From an uncultured Bacilli bacterium (GTDB lineage: Bacteria > Bacillota_I > Bacilli_A > RF39 > UBA660): a stretch of 49,853 bases of DNA. Position 1 is the first letter of the stretch. Each line of letters begins with the position of its first letter. The position numbers and the translations under genes are program-made. Under the pieces are notes generated by a model. That model searched no databases. It was not told the DNA's origin and was given only the letters and a program-made list of their open reading frames with translations. The DNA lies in NCBI GenBank assembly GCA_944358255.1, contig CALVQQ010000003.1, forward strand, positions 1 to 49,853, in the 5' to 3' direction. This document shows positions 1 through 11,453 of the stretch, piece by piece.

Positions 1-41
1 CTTTTTGGCGTAGGTTTCTTTCCAATTTATAACTTTCTATT

Positions 42-61
42 AAAAAGTCCTTGACTTTTAA
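42..61 (+). terminator. Possible intrinsic terminator after a truncated upstream + strand ORF (stop at 30-32)
   Basis: Hairpin AAAGTC-ctt-GACTTT (44-58) followed by TTTTA. An open frame runs from the window edge to TAA at 30-32 but is too short to identify. Confidence 0.4.
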
Positions 62-176
62 TAGTTAGCCTCCAATAATTTATATGATTAAATTATAATC
101 TATATTTTAAAAAAAATAAATTAAAATATTAATTAGTAAAAATTACATATTTATGATATAATGTCAATATTAAAAC

Positions 177-253
177 GTCCTTGTAACTCAGCTGGATAGA
201 GTAACGACCTCCTAAGTCGTAAGTCGGCAGTTCGAATCTGCCCAAGGACGCCA
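177..253 (+). tRNA. tRNA-Arg (anticodon CCT), CCA encoded
   Basis: Cloverleaf read by eye: acceptor GTCCTTG/CAAGGAC, D arm ACTC/GAGT, anticodon stem ACGAC/GTCGT with loop CTCCTAA (anticodon CCT), T arm GGCAG-TTCGAAT-CTGCC, discriminator G plus CCA. Extended -10 TGaTATAAT at 154-162. Confidence 0.9.
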
Positions 254-265
254 TATTGTCAATTA

Positions 266-300
266 AATGTCTTAAAATTTAAGACATTTTCTTTTATTTT
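266..300 (+). terminator. Intrinsic terminator after tRNA-Arg
   Basis: Inverted repeat ATGTCTT(AAA)/(TTT)AAGACAT at 267-287 followed by TTTTCTTTTATTTT. Confidence 0.6.
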
Positions 301-460
301 TATAATATATTAACAATATTAAACCATTTTATAAAAGAAATACAATCAATTATTTTAGTACATAAATTGTATACTTTCAAAGAAATCAACATATATAAAT
401 AGGTCTACTTTTTTAAATATAATTACTATTGCAAAAGAAATTTTAATGATATAATTAAAT

Positions 461-2236
461 ATGGAAGGTTGTGAAAAAATGTTAAATGATTTTTATAAAG
501 TTTTAATAGATACATTAAGAACTAATTCAGAATATGTATCAAACGACAACTCATTATTAAAGAACAAAATTTATGAAAGCGCTATGATGATGGATGAAAA
601 TTTAATAAAATTGCTTTTTGAAAACGAAACAATAAGAAGTAAATTATTTAAAAAAGTTGGTAAAACTTACATCTTTGACAAAGTGGAATTTAGTTGGCTA
701 ATAAATAATAAAGAATTTCTGCCAGACAGTTATACAAAATTTGCTAATAAAATTGGACTGACATCGAATGGTCAATATTTTAGTAAAAATAATGATGTCG
801 TATTAAATTTTCCATTTAAAGATTGCATTCTTGAAGGCGGTCAAACTAAAGAAGATCAAAAACGAAATGAGAGATTTTATAATGAAATAATAGCAAGTGA
901 TGAAATAACAAAAATGTTATCTCCAAAAGTTTTTACAAATATGACTTTATACAATAAAAACGGAAGCAAAAAAATAGATCATATTACAGATAATGATAAT
1001 TTGCTTATAAAAGGGAATAATTTATTATCAATAAGTTCATTACTGCCAAGATATGAAGGTAAAATTAAATTAATATATATTGACCCTCCTTACAACACCG
1101 GTTCAGACACTTTTTCTTACAATGATAGTTTCAGTAGAAGTTCTTGGCTAACATTTATGAAAAATAGATTGGAAATAGCAAAAAGATTATTATCCAAAGA
1201 TGGTGCTATATATGTTCAATTAGATTATCACCAAGTTCATTACTGCAAAGTTTTAATGGATGAAATTTTTGGAGAAGATAATTTTCAAAGAGAAATAATT
1301 TGGAGGATAGGATGGTTATCCGGATATAAAACAAAAGACAAAAATTGGATTAGAAATCATGATACAATTTTATTCTATTCAAAAAACAATTTAGAAATGA
1401 AAAAAAGTTTTAACAAATATTATCTATATAATATTGATTTTAAAGAATATATTGACGAAAAAACCTTAATTAACAAATTAAAAGAATATGGTATTGATAA
1501 AAACAAATCTAAATCAATAGCGAATTTTATAAACCATGAAAATAGACCAAAAAAATATCCAATCGAAGATATATGGAATGGAAATGAATATGATGATTTA
1601 AATAGCATTGCTATTATGTCATTTTCTGGTGAAACAGTTTCTAAAATGCTTAATAAAAATGATGCAGTTAAAGGACAAAAATCTGAAAAACTTTTAGAGA
1701 GAATAATTAAAGCTCACACAAAAGAAGGAGACATTGTATTAGACTTTTTTGGTGGCACAGGAACAACAGCAGCCACTGCTATGAAAATGAATCGTAAATT
1801 TATTATATGCGAACAACTAGATAAACATATCAGCATATGTAAACGAAGATTAGAAAAAGTTATTCAAGGTGAAGAAGTTGGCATATCTAAAAAATATAAT
1901 TGGTCTGGAGGAGGATCATTTATATATTGTGAGATGAAGGAATTAGGAAACAAATATATTAATAAAATAAATAATTGCTCATCGTCTAAAGAACTAATAT
2001 CTATATGGAATGAATTAAAAAAATCTACTTTTGTTAATTTTAGAATAGATATTGATGAGTTTGATAATAATATAAATCAATTTGAAAAATTAGATTTACC
2101 TACGCAAAAAGAAATATTAATTGGCACGGTTGATAAAAACCAATTATTTGTAAATTATTGTGACATAGACGACAAAGAATATTCTATATCAAACGATGAA
2201 AAAAAATTCAACAAAGAATTTTATGAAGGAGAATAA
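461..2236 (+). CDS. mod: Type III restriction-modification methyltransferase (Mod), N6-adenine beta-class
   Basis: 591-aa ORF. Motif IV IYIDPPYNTG lies upstream of the AdoMet motif LDFFGGTGTTAATA (beta-class order). The FPFKDCILEGG N-terminal region is typical of Type III Mod proteins. A Res gene follows 2 nt downstream. Alternative start ATG 479, preceded by GGAAGG at 463-468. Confidence 0.88.
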   Translation: MEGCEKMLNDFYKVLIDTLRTNSEYVSNDNSLLKNKIYESAMMMDENLIKLLFENETIRSKLFKKVGKTYIFDKVEFSWLINNKEFLPDSYTKFANKIGLTSNGQYFSKNNDVVLNFPFKDCILEGGQTKEDQKRNERFYNEIIASDEITKMLSPKVFTNMTLYNKNGSKKIDHITDNDNLLIKGNNLLSISSLLPRYEGKIKLIYIDPPYNTGSDTFSYNDSFSRSSWLTFMKNRLEIAKRLLSKDGAIYVQLDYHQVHYCKVLMDEIFGEDNFQREIIWRIGWLSGYKTKDKNWIRNHDTILFYSKNNLEMKKSFNKYYLYNIDFKEYIDEKTLINKLKEYGIDKNKSKSIANFINHENRPKKYPIEDIWNGNEYDDLNSIAIMSFSGETVSKMLNKNDAVKGQKSEKLLERIIKAHTKEGDIVLDFFGGTGTTAATAMKMNRKFIICEQLDKHISICKRRLEKVIQGEEVGISKKYNWSGGGSFIYCEMKELGNKYINKINNCSSSKELISIWNELKKSTFVNFRIDIDEFDNNINQFEKLDLPTQKEILIGTVDKNQLFVNYCDIDDKEYSISNDEKKFNKEFYEGE

Positions 2237-2238
2237 TT

Positions 2239-4848
2239 ATGTATTTATATGAAAAACTAGATGTATTTAGAGAAAATGGTGGCATTATTGAGGAAAAAAT
2301 ACCTTCATATATAACAAATAATTTGAATTCAAAATACTTACTTAGAAAATATCAAGAAAATGCTTTTCAAAATTTTATTCACTATTTTGAAAAATCAAAT
2401 TTATTAATAAAGCCAACACAAACATTATTTCATATGGCAACTGGTAGTGGCAAAACTTTAATTATGGCGGGTCTTATCTTATTTTTATATAAAAAAGGTT
2501 ATAGAAATTTTCTATTTTTTGTAAATTCAACAACAATTATTAATAAAACAAAGTCAAACTTTATTGATAATAATTCACCAAAATATTTATTTCAAGATGA
2601 AATAAATATAGATGGAAAACGAGTTTTAATAAAAGAAGTCAGCAATTTTCAAGAATCTGATGAAGATCACATAAATATTTGTTTTCAAACAATTCAAGGT
2701 TTACACATGAATATGAGTTTCCCAAGAGAAGACGCTGTAACATTTGATGATTTTCAAGACAAAAAGATTGTAATGATTTCAGATGAAGCGCATCATATCA
2801 ATGCTATGACTAGCATGGGAAGAATAAATAATGAAGAACGTGAGAACTTACATAATTGGGAATACACAGTCGAAAGAATTTTTCATTCAAATGTAGATAA
2901 CATTTTACTTGAATTTACAGCAACTTGCGATACTGAAAATGAATATATAAAATCGAAATATATAGACAAAATGATTTTTAATTATCCACTATCTAAATAT
3001 CGCGAAGATGGTTATTCAAAAGAAGTTGAAACTCTACAAAGTAATACTGATCTAACAACAAAAATGTTACAAGCAGTTTTGTTAAGTCAATATAGGCTTA
3101 AGATTTTTCAAGAAAATAAATTAGATGTTAAGCCAGTTATACTATTTAAATCAGATACCATTTCCAATAGTAAAAGTAACATGGAATTATTTAATAATTT
3201 AATTACAAATTTAACTGAAGATGATATTTATACTATTAAAACTAATTCAAGTAACCAATTAATAATAAATATGTTCACGTATTTTGAAGAAAATAACATT
3301 GACATAAAAAATTTAATATTAGAAATTAAAGATGATTTTTCAAATAATAAAATTTTAAGTGTTAATAATGTAAATGAGGCTATTGACATTCAGTTGATTG
3401 TAAATACACTAGAAGAAAAAAATAATCAATTTCGTGCAATATTTGAAGTAAAAATGTTAGATGAAGGCTGGGACGTACTAAATTTATTTGATATTGTAAG
3501 ATTATATGAAACCAGAGACGGAAAAAATGGTAAACCTGGGAAAAAAACCATTCAAGAAGCCCAATTGATTGGGCGTGGTGCTAGATATTTTCCTTTTAAA
3601 ATAAATGAAGAGCAAAATAAATATACAAGAAAATACGACAATGATATAGAAAATCCTTTAAGAATTTGTGAAACTTTATTATATCATTGTCAAATGGAAC
3701 CAAGATACATTTCTGAATTAAAAATAGCATTAAAAGAAACTGGTATTATTCCAGAAGAATCAAAAAAAATAAAATATGAAATAAAAAAATCTTTTAAAAG
3801 AACAGAATTTTACAAAACTGGTTTAGTTTTTTATAATAAAAGAAAGATGAAAAACAGATCAAAAGTTGATTCTATTCCAGATAGTATTAGATATAACACT
3901 TATAATTTTACTTTTGACTCTGGAAAAACAAAAACAGAAAATTTATTTAATACTTCTTCTGACTTTAAAAACATTGATGAAAAATTAAAAGAAATCGTTC
4001 TTAGTATTAAGGAAATATCAGATTTATCATATAACTTAGTATACTCAGCTTTCTCAAAATTCAAAATATTAAATTTTAATATATTAAAGCAATATTTTCC
4101 ATTATTAAAATCAACAAAGGAATTTATTACAAGTGAAAAATATTTAGGAAATATTAAAATTTCAATTAAATCAATATATAATTTTCCTACTAAAGAAATG
4201 TTTTATAAATCTTTAATCAATGTATTTAACAAAATAAAAGAAGATATTTTAAAATACGATGAGGTATATGAAGGAACAAAAGAATTTTATTCGAAAAGAT
4301 TTAACGAAATATTTAAAGATAAAATATGTAACATTGCGACTTTAAATAATGATAGCATAGGAATATCGCAAAACGAAGTTATAGATGAATCTTATAAATT
4401 GGATTTATCAGATAAAGAATGGTATATATATAATGATAACTATGGAACAACGGAAGAAAAAAAATTTGTCAAATATTTTAGTGAAAACATTGATAAGCTA
4501 AATGAAAAATTTGATGAAATTTATTTAATTAGAAATGAAAGAGAATTGCCGATATACTCTTTTGATTTTGGAGAGAGATTTGAACCAGATTATCTGCTTA
4601 TTATTATAGATAATAATAATTTAAGGCAAAGACAATACCAAATATTTATCGAGCCAAAAGGTTCACATTTATTAAATGAAGATAAATGGAAGGAAGAATT
4701 ATTAATATCCCTTTCAAATAAGGCGATACCAATCACCAAATTCATTGATGATAGTGAATATTTAATATGGGGATTTCCATTCTTTAATAAAGACAACAGA
4801 TTGAGTGAATTTAATAACAGCATGGAAAAATTAATCAACGAAAATTAG
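2239..4848 (+). CDS. res: Type III restriction endonuclease Res subunit (SF2 helicase plus PD-(D/E)xK nuclease)
   Basis: 869 aa. Walker A MATGSGKTL, DEAH box SDEAHH, motif III FTATC, motif VI QLIGRGARY. C-terminal PDYLLII...IFIEPKG is nuclease-like. Tightly coupled to mod. Confidence 0.88.
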   Translation: MYLYEKLDVFRENGGIIEEKIPSYITNNLNSKYLLRKYQENAFQNFIHYFEKSNLLIKPTQTLFHMATGSGKTLIMAGLILFLYKKGYRNFLFFVNSTTIINKTKSNFIDNNSPKYLFQDEINIDGKRVLIKEVSNFQESDEDHINICFQTIQGLHMNMSFPREDAVTFDDFQDKKIVMISDEAHHINAMTSMGRINNEERENLHNWEYTVERIFHSNVDNILLEFTATCDTENEYIKSKYIDKMIFNYPLSKYREDGYSKEVETLQSNTDLTTKMLQAVLLSQYRLKIFQENKLDVKPVILFKSDTISNSKSNMELFNNLITNLTEDDIYTIKTNSSNQLIINMFTYFEENNIDIKNLILEIKDDFSNNKILSVNNVNEAIDIQLIVNTLEEKNNQFRAIFEVKMLDEGWDVLNLFDIVRLYETRDGKNGKPGKKTIQEAQLIGRGARYFPFKINEEQNKYTRKYDNDIENPLRICETLLYHCQMEPRYISELKIALKETGIIPEESKKIKYEIKKSFKRTEFYKTGLVFYNKRKMKNRSKVDSIPDSIRYNTYNFTFDSGKTKTENLFNTSSDFKNIDEKLKEIVLSIKEISDLSYNLVYSAFSKFKILNFNILKQYFPLLKSTKEFITSEKYLGNIKISIKSIYNFPTKEMFYKSLINVFNKIKEDILKYDEVYEGTKEFYSKRFNEIFKDKICNIATLNNDSIGISQNEVIDESYKLDLSDKEWYIYNDNYGTTEEKKFVKYFSENIDKLNEKFDEIYLIRNERELPIYSFDFGERFEPDYLLIIIDNNNLRQRQYQIFIEPKGSHLLNEDKWKEELLISLSNKAIPITKFIDDSEYLIWGFPFFNKDNRLSEFNNSMEKLINEN

Positions 4849-4980
4849 AATAACCAATATTGATTATTCTTTTTAATATTTTAAAACCTTAAAAGCATAA
4901 CATAGCCTCATCAGTTTTTTAACAATATAATTTGTTATTACTTTCTTCAATATTTAATTTACTATTTCTTCTAATAATAA

Positions 4981-5007
4981 AAAAATTAGTAATAGATACT
5001 AATTTTT
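4981..5007 (-). terminator. Bidirectional hairpin terminator between res and the HD gene
   Basis: 11-bp perfect stem AAAAATTAGTA (4981-4991) / TACTAATTTTT (4997-5007), loop ATAGA. It overlaps the stop codon of the minus-strand HD ORF. Confidence 0.5.
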
Positions 5008-5488
5008 ATCTTATATTATATAAAAACAATATTGCAATCCCAACAGCTGTTGCTGTTTGAAATCTCAATGCTTCATAACAACTCGCTGCTTTATCAACTA
5101 AACTAACCAATATACTTTCTTTGTATTTTGGTTTTTTTCTAGTTATCGGATACATGTGCTTGCTTATAATATCTTCTTCTATTTCATTAATTTCGAAATA
5201 TTTTTTACTATTTTCAAGAGCAATCAAAGGATGCCCTTTTAAAAATTCATTGTAGTTTTCTCTATTTATATCATCATTAGTAAAAAAATCATGAAGTAAC
5301 GCTCCTCTAGTAACAGATTTTGTATCTAATTTTAATACTTTAGATACACAAAAACTCCATCGCGCTACTCTATTTACGTGTTCTAATCTAGTTAGTCCAT
5401 GATGAATATTTTCTGATAATTTTTTAAACTCTGAATTTTTTTCAAATTCTTTATATATATTCTCATATTCCAGATTTATTTTTTTCAT
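5006..5488 (-). CDS. HD-domain phosphohydrolase family protein
   Basis: 160 aa with RLEHVNRVA ... GALLHDFF (H...HD pattern of HD domains). No closer assignment is possible by eye. Confidence 0.65.
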   Translation of the reverse strand: MKKINLEYENIYKEFEKNSEFKKLSENIHHGLTRLEHVNRVARWSFCVSKVLKLDTKSVTRGALLHDFFTNDDINRENYNEFLKGHPLIALENSKKYFEINEIEEDIISKHMYPITRKKPKYKESILVSLVDKAASCYEALRFQTATAVGIAILFLYNIR

Positions 5489-5527
5489 TATTTTCTTTCA
5501 CCAACCAACACATTATAACATATTTTT

Positions 5528-7201
5528 TTACATTTTACTAGGTATTTTTATACTTAGCATATTTAAGCATTCTTTCATAACATTATATGCAAAGTTTAAG
5601 ATAATAAGCCAATCATTTTTATTAGTTTTATCTTGCAAGTTAGAAATGTTATTTTTTTGATAAAATGTACTAGTTAAATCTGCAATATCATATACATATT
5701 CTGCAATTATGCTTGGTAATCTTTCTTCTATACTTTTTGTTATATATTTATCAAAATCAAGCAATTTTATTCTTAAATTTCTATCTATATCATCATAAAT
5801 TTTGTCACTTACTGTACCATCAAATGTATTATTTTCTAAGATTTTCTTTATTCTTAATGCTGAATAAAGTATATAAGGTCCTGTTTTACCATTAACATCA
5901 CTAAACTTTGATAAATCAAAAACATAATTCTTTTCTCTGTTATTAGACAAATCTGCATATTTTATTATTGCATTTACTATTATATCTAAATCTTCTTTAT
6001 TCATATCCGCGTTTTCTTCACGTTTTTGTATGAATGTTTCTTTAGTCATTTTTATTAGTTCATCTAATTTTAGTGTTTCTCCACTTCTAGTTTTAAATGG
6101 TTTGCCATCACTACCATTTATAGTTCCAAATGAAATGTGTTCAAAGTTGTTTTTCCATCCTATTTTTTTACATGTTCTAAATACTTGTTCAAAATGTAGA
6201 CTTTGTCTAGCATCAACTACATATAAAATATATTTTGGATTATACTTTTCTATTCTTTCATAAATTGTAGCTAAATCAGTTGTAGCATACATAAATGACC
6301 CGTCACTTTTTAAAACTATTAATGGTGGCATTTCTTTATTGTCGTTTTCTTCTTGCAATTTTACTATTTTTGCGCCATCATCTTCTACTAATAATTGTTT
6401 TTGTAAAAGTAAATCAATTAATTTTGAAATATAAGGCTTTGAATCGCTTTCGCCTAGCCATAAATCGAAATTTATATCCAAATATTTATAAAGTCTTTTT
6501 ATATCTTTTAAACTCTCTTCATATATTTTATTCCATAATTCGTTATATTCTTTATTACCATTTTGCAATTCTTTTACAATGTTTTTACATTCTTCGTATA
6601 CTTTTTCATAACTTTTGCATAACGCGCTTATTTCAGGATAACATTTGTTTAAATAATTAATGTTTATATCTTCTAATTTTATTTTATCTCTTTTTATCCC
6701 ATATATTACTTGACCCATTTGCAAACCGTAGTCGCCTAAATGAACGTCACTTAATGTTTTATATCCTTTGTAGTTTATTATTCTTTTTAGACTTTCTCCT
6801 ATAATTGCTGGTCTTAAGTGTCCAATATGTAATGGTTTTGCAATGTTTGGGCCACCATAATCTAAGAAATACAATTCGTCACTTTCTACTTTATTTACTC
6901 CTAAATTGTTAAGTGATTTGTTGATCCATTTGTTTATAAATTTATCACTAATAGTTATGTTTATAAATCCATTTAAAAACGATACTTCTTTAAAATATTC
7001 ATCAAAGTTTTTTAGTTCGTTTATTTTTTTTGTAATTGTTGTTCCTATTTCTAATAAGTTTACTTTTAATTCTTTAGCAATACGAAAAAGACTATTTATT
7101 TGATAGTCACATATTTCTTTTTTATTACTTTCGCTAACATAAAAATCATAGTTAAAAGAGTCAAATATTGGCTTTATAAACTCTTCTATATCTTTTATCA
7201 T
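5528..7201 (-). CDS. argS: Arginine--tRNA ligase
   Basis: 557 aa. Class I HIGH motif AKPLHIGHLR, typical ArgRS length, and the C-terminal ...KM ending. Confidence 0.93.
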   Translation of the reverse strand: MIKDIEEFIKPIFDSFNYDFYVSESNKKEICDYQINSLFRIAKELKVNLLEIGTTITKKINELKNFDEYFKEVSFLNGFINITISDKFINKWINKSLNNLGVNKVESDELYFLDYGGPNIAKPLHIGHLRPAIIGESLKRIINYKGYKTLSDVHLGDYGLQMGQVIYGIKRDKIKLEDININYLNKCYPEISALCKSYEKVYEECKNIVKELQNGNKEYNELWNKIYEESLKDIKRLYKYLDINFDLWLGESDSKPYISKLIDLLLQKQLLVEDDGAKIVKLQEENDNKEMPPLIVLKSDGSFMYATTDLATIYERIEKYNPKYILYVVDARQSLHFEQVFRTCKKIGWKNNFEHISFGTINGSDGKPFKTRSGETLKLDELIKMTKETFIQKREENADMNKEDLDIIVNAIIKYADLSNNREKNYVFDLSKFSDVNGKTGPYILYSALRIKKILENNTFDGTVSDKIYDDIDRNLRIKLLDFDKYITKSIEERLPSIIAEYVYDIADLTSTFYQKNNISNLQDKTNKNDWLIILNFAYNVMKECLNMLSIKIPSKM

Positions 7202-7209
7202 ATAATCAC

Positions 7210-7749
7210 CTAGATTGTCATAAGTTCTTTTTCTTTTTCTTTAAATTTTTCTTCTACTATATCGTTATATTTATCTATTAGTTTTTGAACGCTTTCTAAA
7301 TATATTTTTTCTTCATTTTCGCTAAATTCTTGTCTTTTTATTGCGTTGTTCGCGTCTTGTCTTACATTTCTTAAAGCTATTCTTGCATCTTCTGCCATAT
7401 CTTTTACTTGCTTAACAAATGCTCTTCTACTATCTTCTGTTAGTTCTGGAATAGTTAATATTAAAACTTCACCGTTATTTGTAGGTGCCATACCTAAATT
7501 TGCTTCAAATAATGCTTTTTCTATATTTTTTAAAGCAGATTTATCAAATGGTTTTATTACTAGTTGTCTTGCTTCAGGTATACTTATATTGGCTATTCCT
7601 TGAATTGGTGTTGGCACTCCATAATATTCTACCATTATTCCATTTAAAATATTTGGGTTAGCTCTTCCTGCCCTGACAGTTGTAAGTCTAGATTCTAATG
7701 ATTCTATAACTTTATCCATTTTTGTTTTAACTTCGTTTTCGTTAAACAT
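7210..7749 (-). CDS. frr: Ribosome recycling factor
   Basis: 179 aa. Reads as RRF throughout (LTTVRAGRANPNILNGI, IPELTEDSRR, RNVRQDANN). Confidence 0.95.
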   Translation of the reverse strand: MFNENEVKTKMDKVIESLESRLTTVRAGRANPNILNGIMVEYYGVPTPIQGIANISIPEARQLVIKPFDKSALKNIEKALFEANLGMAPTNNGEVLILTIPELTEDSRRAFVKQVKDMAEDARIALRNVRQDANNAIKRQEFSENEEKIYLESVQKLIDKYNDIVEEKFKEKEKELMTI

Positions 7750-7767
7750 AACTCACTCTCCACTTTA

Positions 7768-7796
7768 ATTATACATAATAGTATTTAAAAAGTAAA
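7768..7796 (-). promoter_or_regulatory. Sigma-A-type promoter for frr-argS
   Basis: On the minus strand TTTACT - 17 nt - TGTATAAT (extended -10), followed by GGAGAG and the frr ATG. Confidence 0.5.
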
Positions 7797-7822
7797 TTAA
7801 AAAACCCATTTAATGGGTTTTT
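7795..7822 (-). terminator. Intrinsic terminator after rpoC
   Basis: Stem AAACCCA/TGGGTTT (7802-7820) with a U-run on the minus strand (A-run 7799-7804). It overlaps the rpoC stop codon. Confidence 0.7.
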
Positions 7823-10800
7823 AATCACAAAAAGTTTCTTCTAATACTTCACTAGCATCGTCGCTTAAAAATTCTTTTTCTAGCATTAAGCTTATGTCTG
7901 AATATTCTTTAGCACCTGTTCCAGCAGGTATTAATTTACCTAGTATTACATTTTCTTTAAGTCCATTTAACATATCAACTTTGCCTTTTACTGCGGCCTC
8001 TGTTAATATTCTTGTAGTTTCTTGGAATGATGCTGCAGATAAGAATGAATCTGTTTCAAGTGATGCTTTTGTTATACCAAGTAATATTGGTTTCCCTGTC
8101 GCTGGAGTTTTTCCTTCTAGGATTATTGGTTTATTTACTTCTCCAAATTCTCTTAATGAAACTGAAGTTCCTTCAACTAGGTTTGTATCTCCAGATTCTA
8201 CTATTTTGATTTTAGATATCATACGTTTTACTACAATTTCTACGTGTTTATCTGATACGTCAACACCTTGTGATTTATAAACTTTTTGTATTTCTTTAAC
8301 AATATATTGTTGTACTGTAATTGGATCAGTTACAGCAAGTAGTTCTTTTGGTGCGACTGAGCCTTCAGTTAATGCATCTCCGGCTTCTACCATTTGTCCT
8401 TTTTCTACTTTTAGTTTTGAGTTATATAATGTAACATGTTCTCTAACTTCAAGATCATTTGTTATATATATCTTAAATTTACCTTTATCCTCAGTAATTT
8501 TTGTTATTTTGCCGCTTATTTCAGCTATAGTTGCTTTTGCTTTTGGTGTTCTTGCTTCAAATAATTCTTCTACACGTGGTAAACCTTGTGTGATATCTGT
8601 TGCTGATGCAACACCACCAGTATGGAATGTTCTCATTGTTAACTGAGTACCAGGCTCTCCTATAGATTGTGCAGCCATTATTCCTACTGCTTCTCCAACT
8701 TCAACTGTATTTCCTGTTGCTAGATTTCTTCCATAACATTTTTTACATACACCATTTACAGTTTTACATGTTAGTACACTTCTGATTTCTACTTTAGTAA
8801 TTCCTGCTTTTACTATTTTGTCAACTATTGGTTCTGTTATTAATTCTCCTTTATCTATAATTAATTCTTTTGTTTCAGGATTAATAATTTTTTGATTTGT
8901 GTATCTTCCAATAATTCTTTCTTCTAGGCTTTCAAGTACTGCTCCACTATTTTCATCAATAAATGCACTTACTTCAACTCCTTGTATAGTTCCACAATCG
9001 TGTTCTTTTACAATTATATCTTGTACTACATCTACTAATCTACGTGTTAAATATCCAGCATCGGCTGTTTTTAAAGCTGTGTCAGCTGTTCCTTTTCTTG
9101 AACCATGAGTACTTAAGAAGAATTCTTGCACGTCAAGTCCATCTTTAAATGATGCTGTGATAGGGATTTCAACAACTTCACCATTAGGTTTTTTCATACT
9201 TCCGCGCATTCCAGATAATTGTCCTAATTGGTTTTTCTTACCACGAGCACCAGATGAGAATATCATGTTTAGTGGATTATCTGGATTACTTGATAATTCA
9301 TTTATTACTTCACCTTGTATGTTATTTGTTGTATCTGCCCATAATTTTACTATTCTGTCATGTCTTTCTTCATTAGTTATTAAACCTCTTTTAAATTGTT
9401 TTGTAACTTGATCAACCATTTTATTAGTTTCTTCAATCATTGATTCTTTTTTATCAGTTACTGGTACGTCACTAAGTGAGAAAGTTATACCTGACTTTGT
9501 ACTGTATTTAAAGCCTTGATTTTTTAATTTGTCTAGCATGATTGATGTTTCTGTTGTTTTGTATCTTTTGAATATTTGTGAAATTAATTTTTCCAAGTCT
9601 TTGTTTATTAATGGTTTTGTTATTGGCATTTCCGCAACTTTTTGTGGTAAATTTTCACCTTTTTCTATAAAGAATTTATTTGGTGTTATTTTCTCTATGT
9701 TTTCTTTACTACCTTCATTTATGTATGGATATGTGTCTGGTAGTATTTCGTTAAATATTAATTTACCTGGTGTAGTTACTAAGTATTTGTCTTTTTGTTC
9801 GTCTGTAAACATTTTATATTTAAAACTTTTTACTGGTAAGCATATTCTTGTATGAAGTGTTAAATCTCCTCTTTCGTATGCCATTAATGCTTCATTTGAA
9901 TTTTTGTAAGCTTTTCCTTCATTTGGTAATCCTGGTGTTTCTATTGTTAAATAGTAATTACCTAATACCATATCTTGTGATGGTGTTACTATTGGACTAC
10001 CATCTTTTGGATTAAGTATGTTATTTGCGCCTAACATTAATATTCTAGCTTCTGCTTGTGCTTCTTCACTTAGTGGTACGTGAACAGCCATTTGGTCTCC
10101 ATCGAAGTCTGCGTTAAATGCTGGACAAACTAATGGATGCAATCTTAATGCTTTTCCACCTACTAGTTTTGGTTCAAATGCTTGTATACCTAGTCTATGT
10201 AGTGTTGGAGCACGGTTTAATAGTACTGGATGTTCTTTGATTACTTCTTCAACAATATCCCATACTCTTTCGTCTTGTGCTTCAATTAATTTTTTTGCAC
10301 CTTTTATGTTGTGTGCCATTTCTCTTTCTACTAATTCGTGTATTACATGTGGTTTGAATAGTTCTAGTGCCATTTCTTTTGGTATTCCACATTCATACAT
10401 TTTTAGCGTTGGTCCTACTACGATAACACTACGTCCAGAGTAATCAACACGTTTTCCAAGTAAGTTTTGACGGAATCTTCCTTGTTTACCTTTAAGCATA
10501 CTACTTAATGATTTTAATGCACGATTTCCTGCACCTTGTACGCTTCTTCCTCTTCTTCCGTTATCTATTAATGCATCTACTGCTTCTTGTAACATACGTT
10601 TTTCGTTTTGAACTATTATTGTTGGCGCTCCTAGTTCAATTAATTTCTTTAAACGATTGTTTCTATTTATTATTCTTCTATATAAGTCGTTTAAGTCACT
10701 TGTAGCAAAACGGCCTCCAGGTAGTTGTATCATAGGTCTTAATTCTGGTGGAATAACTGGTAATGCTTCAAGTATCATCCATTCTGGTCTATTTCCACTT

Positions 10801-11453
10801 TCTATAAATGCATTTATGCAATCTAGTCTTTTTACAAGTCTAATTTTCTTTTGTCCTTGGCTTTTTTCAATTTCTTTCTTTAAGTTTTCTGCTTCTACTT
10901 CCAAGTTAACTTCACTTAGCAATTTTTTAATTGCTTCAGCACCCATTCCTACAGTAAATCCGTTTCCATATTTTTCATAATATGCACGGTATTCTTTATC
11001 GGATAATGTTTGTTTCTTTTCTAATGGTGCAATTCCTGGGTCTATTACTACATAACTTACAAAGTATATTACTTCTTCTAAGTCTCTTGGAGACATATCA
11101 AGTACTAATCCAATTTTTGGTGGTACTCCTTTTGTATACCAAATGTGAGCAACTGGAGTAGCTAGTTCAATGTGTCCCATTCTCTCACGTCTTACTTTTG
11201 ATCTAGTTACTTCTACTCCACATCTATCACAAATTATGTTTTTGTATCTTAATCTTTTATATTTTCCACAACTACATTCGTAGTCTTTTGTTGGACCAAA
11301 TATTTTTTCACAGAATAGTCCATCTCTTTCTGGCTTTAATGTTCTGTAGTTAATTGTTTCTGGTTTTTTTACTTCACCATATGACCATTCTCTTATTTTT
11401 TCTGGGGATGCAATTCCTATTTTGATTCCTTCAAAATTATTTACTTCCATCAT
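7821..11453 (-). CDS. rpoC: DNA-directed RNA polymerase subunit beta'
   Basis: 1210 aa. Zn-binding CSCGKYK...CDRCG and the catalytic [12 protein letters not shown] motif. Confidence 0.98.
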   Translation of the reverse strand: MMEVNNFEGIKIGIASPEKIREWSYGEVKKPETINYRTLKPERDGLFCEKIFGPTKDYECSCGKYKRLRYKNIICDRCGVEVTRSKVRRERMGHIELATPVAHIWYTKGVPPKIGLVLDMSPRDLEEVIYFVSYVVIDPGIAPLEKKQTLSDKEYRAYYEKYGNGFTVGMGAEAIKKLLSEVNLEVEAENLKKEIEKSQGQKKIRLVKRLDCINAFIESGNRPEWMILEALPVIPPELRPMIQLPGGRFATSDLNDLYRRIINRNNRLKKLIELGAPTIIVQNEKRMLQEAVDALIDNGRRGRSVQGAGNRALKSLSSMLKGKQGRFRQNLLGKRVDYSGRSVIVVGPTLKMYECGIPKEMALELFKPHVIHELVEREMAHNIKGAKKLIEAQDERVWDIVEEVIKEHPVLLNRAPTLHRLGIQAFEPKLVGGKALRLHPLVCPAFNADFDGDQMAVHVPLSEEAQAEARILMLGANNILNPKDGSPIVTPSQDMVLGNYYLTIETPGLPNEGKAYKNSNEALMAYERGDLTLHTRICLPVKSFKYKMFTDEQKDKYLVTTPGKLIFNEILPDTYPYINEGSKENIEKITPNKFFIEKGENLPQKVAEMPITKPLINKDLEKLISQIFKRYKTTETSIMLDKLKNQGFKYSTKSGITFSLSDVPVTDKKESMIEETNKMVDQVTKQFKRGLITNEERHDRIVKLWADTTNNIQGEVINELSSNPDNPLNMIFSSGARGKKNQLGQLSGMRGSMKKPNGEVVEIPITASFKDGLDVQEFFLSTHGSRKGTADTALKTADAGYLTRRLVDVVQDIIVKEHDCGTIQGVEVSAFIDENSGAVLESLEERIIGRYTNQKIINPETKELIIDKGELITEPIVDKIVKAGITKVEIRSVLTCKTVNGVCKKCYGRNLATGNTVEVGEAVGIMAAQSIGEPGTQLTMRTFHTGGVASATDITQGLPRVEELFEARTPKAKATIAEISGKITKITEDKGKFKIYITNDLEVREHVTLYNSKLKVEKGQMVEAGDALTEGSVAPKELLAVTDPITVQQYIVKEIQKVYKSQGVDVSDKHVEIVVKRMISKIKIVESGDTNLVEGTSVSLREFGEVNKPIILEGKTPATGKPILLGITKASLETDSFLSAASFQETTRILTEAAVKGKVDMLNGLKENVILGKLIPAGTGAKEYSDISLMLEKEFLSDDASEVLEETFCD

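Noticed and set aside
461-4848. Homopolymer A tracts in mod and res (for example A9 near 2200, A8 runs near 3540, 3765 and 4460) as possible phase-variation switches of a Type III phasevarion.
   Set aside because: A7-A9 runs are frequent throughout this AT-rich window, including in essential genes. I saw no long poly-G/C tracts or multi-copy tetra- or pentanucleotide repeats of the kind known to drive mod phase variation.
177-5005. tRNA-Arg as the integration site of a genomic island carrying the Type III R-M genes.
   Set aside because: I could not find a second copy of the tRNA-Arg 3' end (…TTCGAATCTGCCCAAGGACGCCA) or any recombinase between 254 and 5005. Only the positional argument remains; see the low-interest finding.
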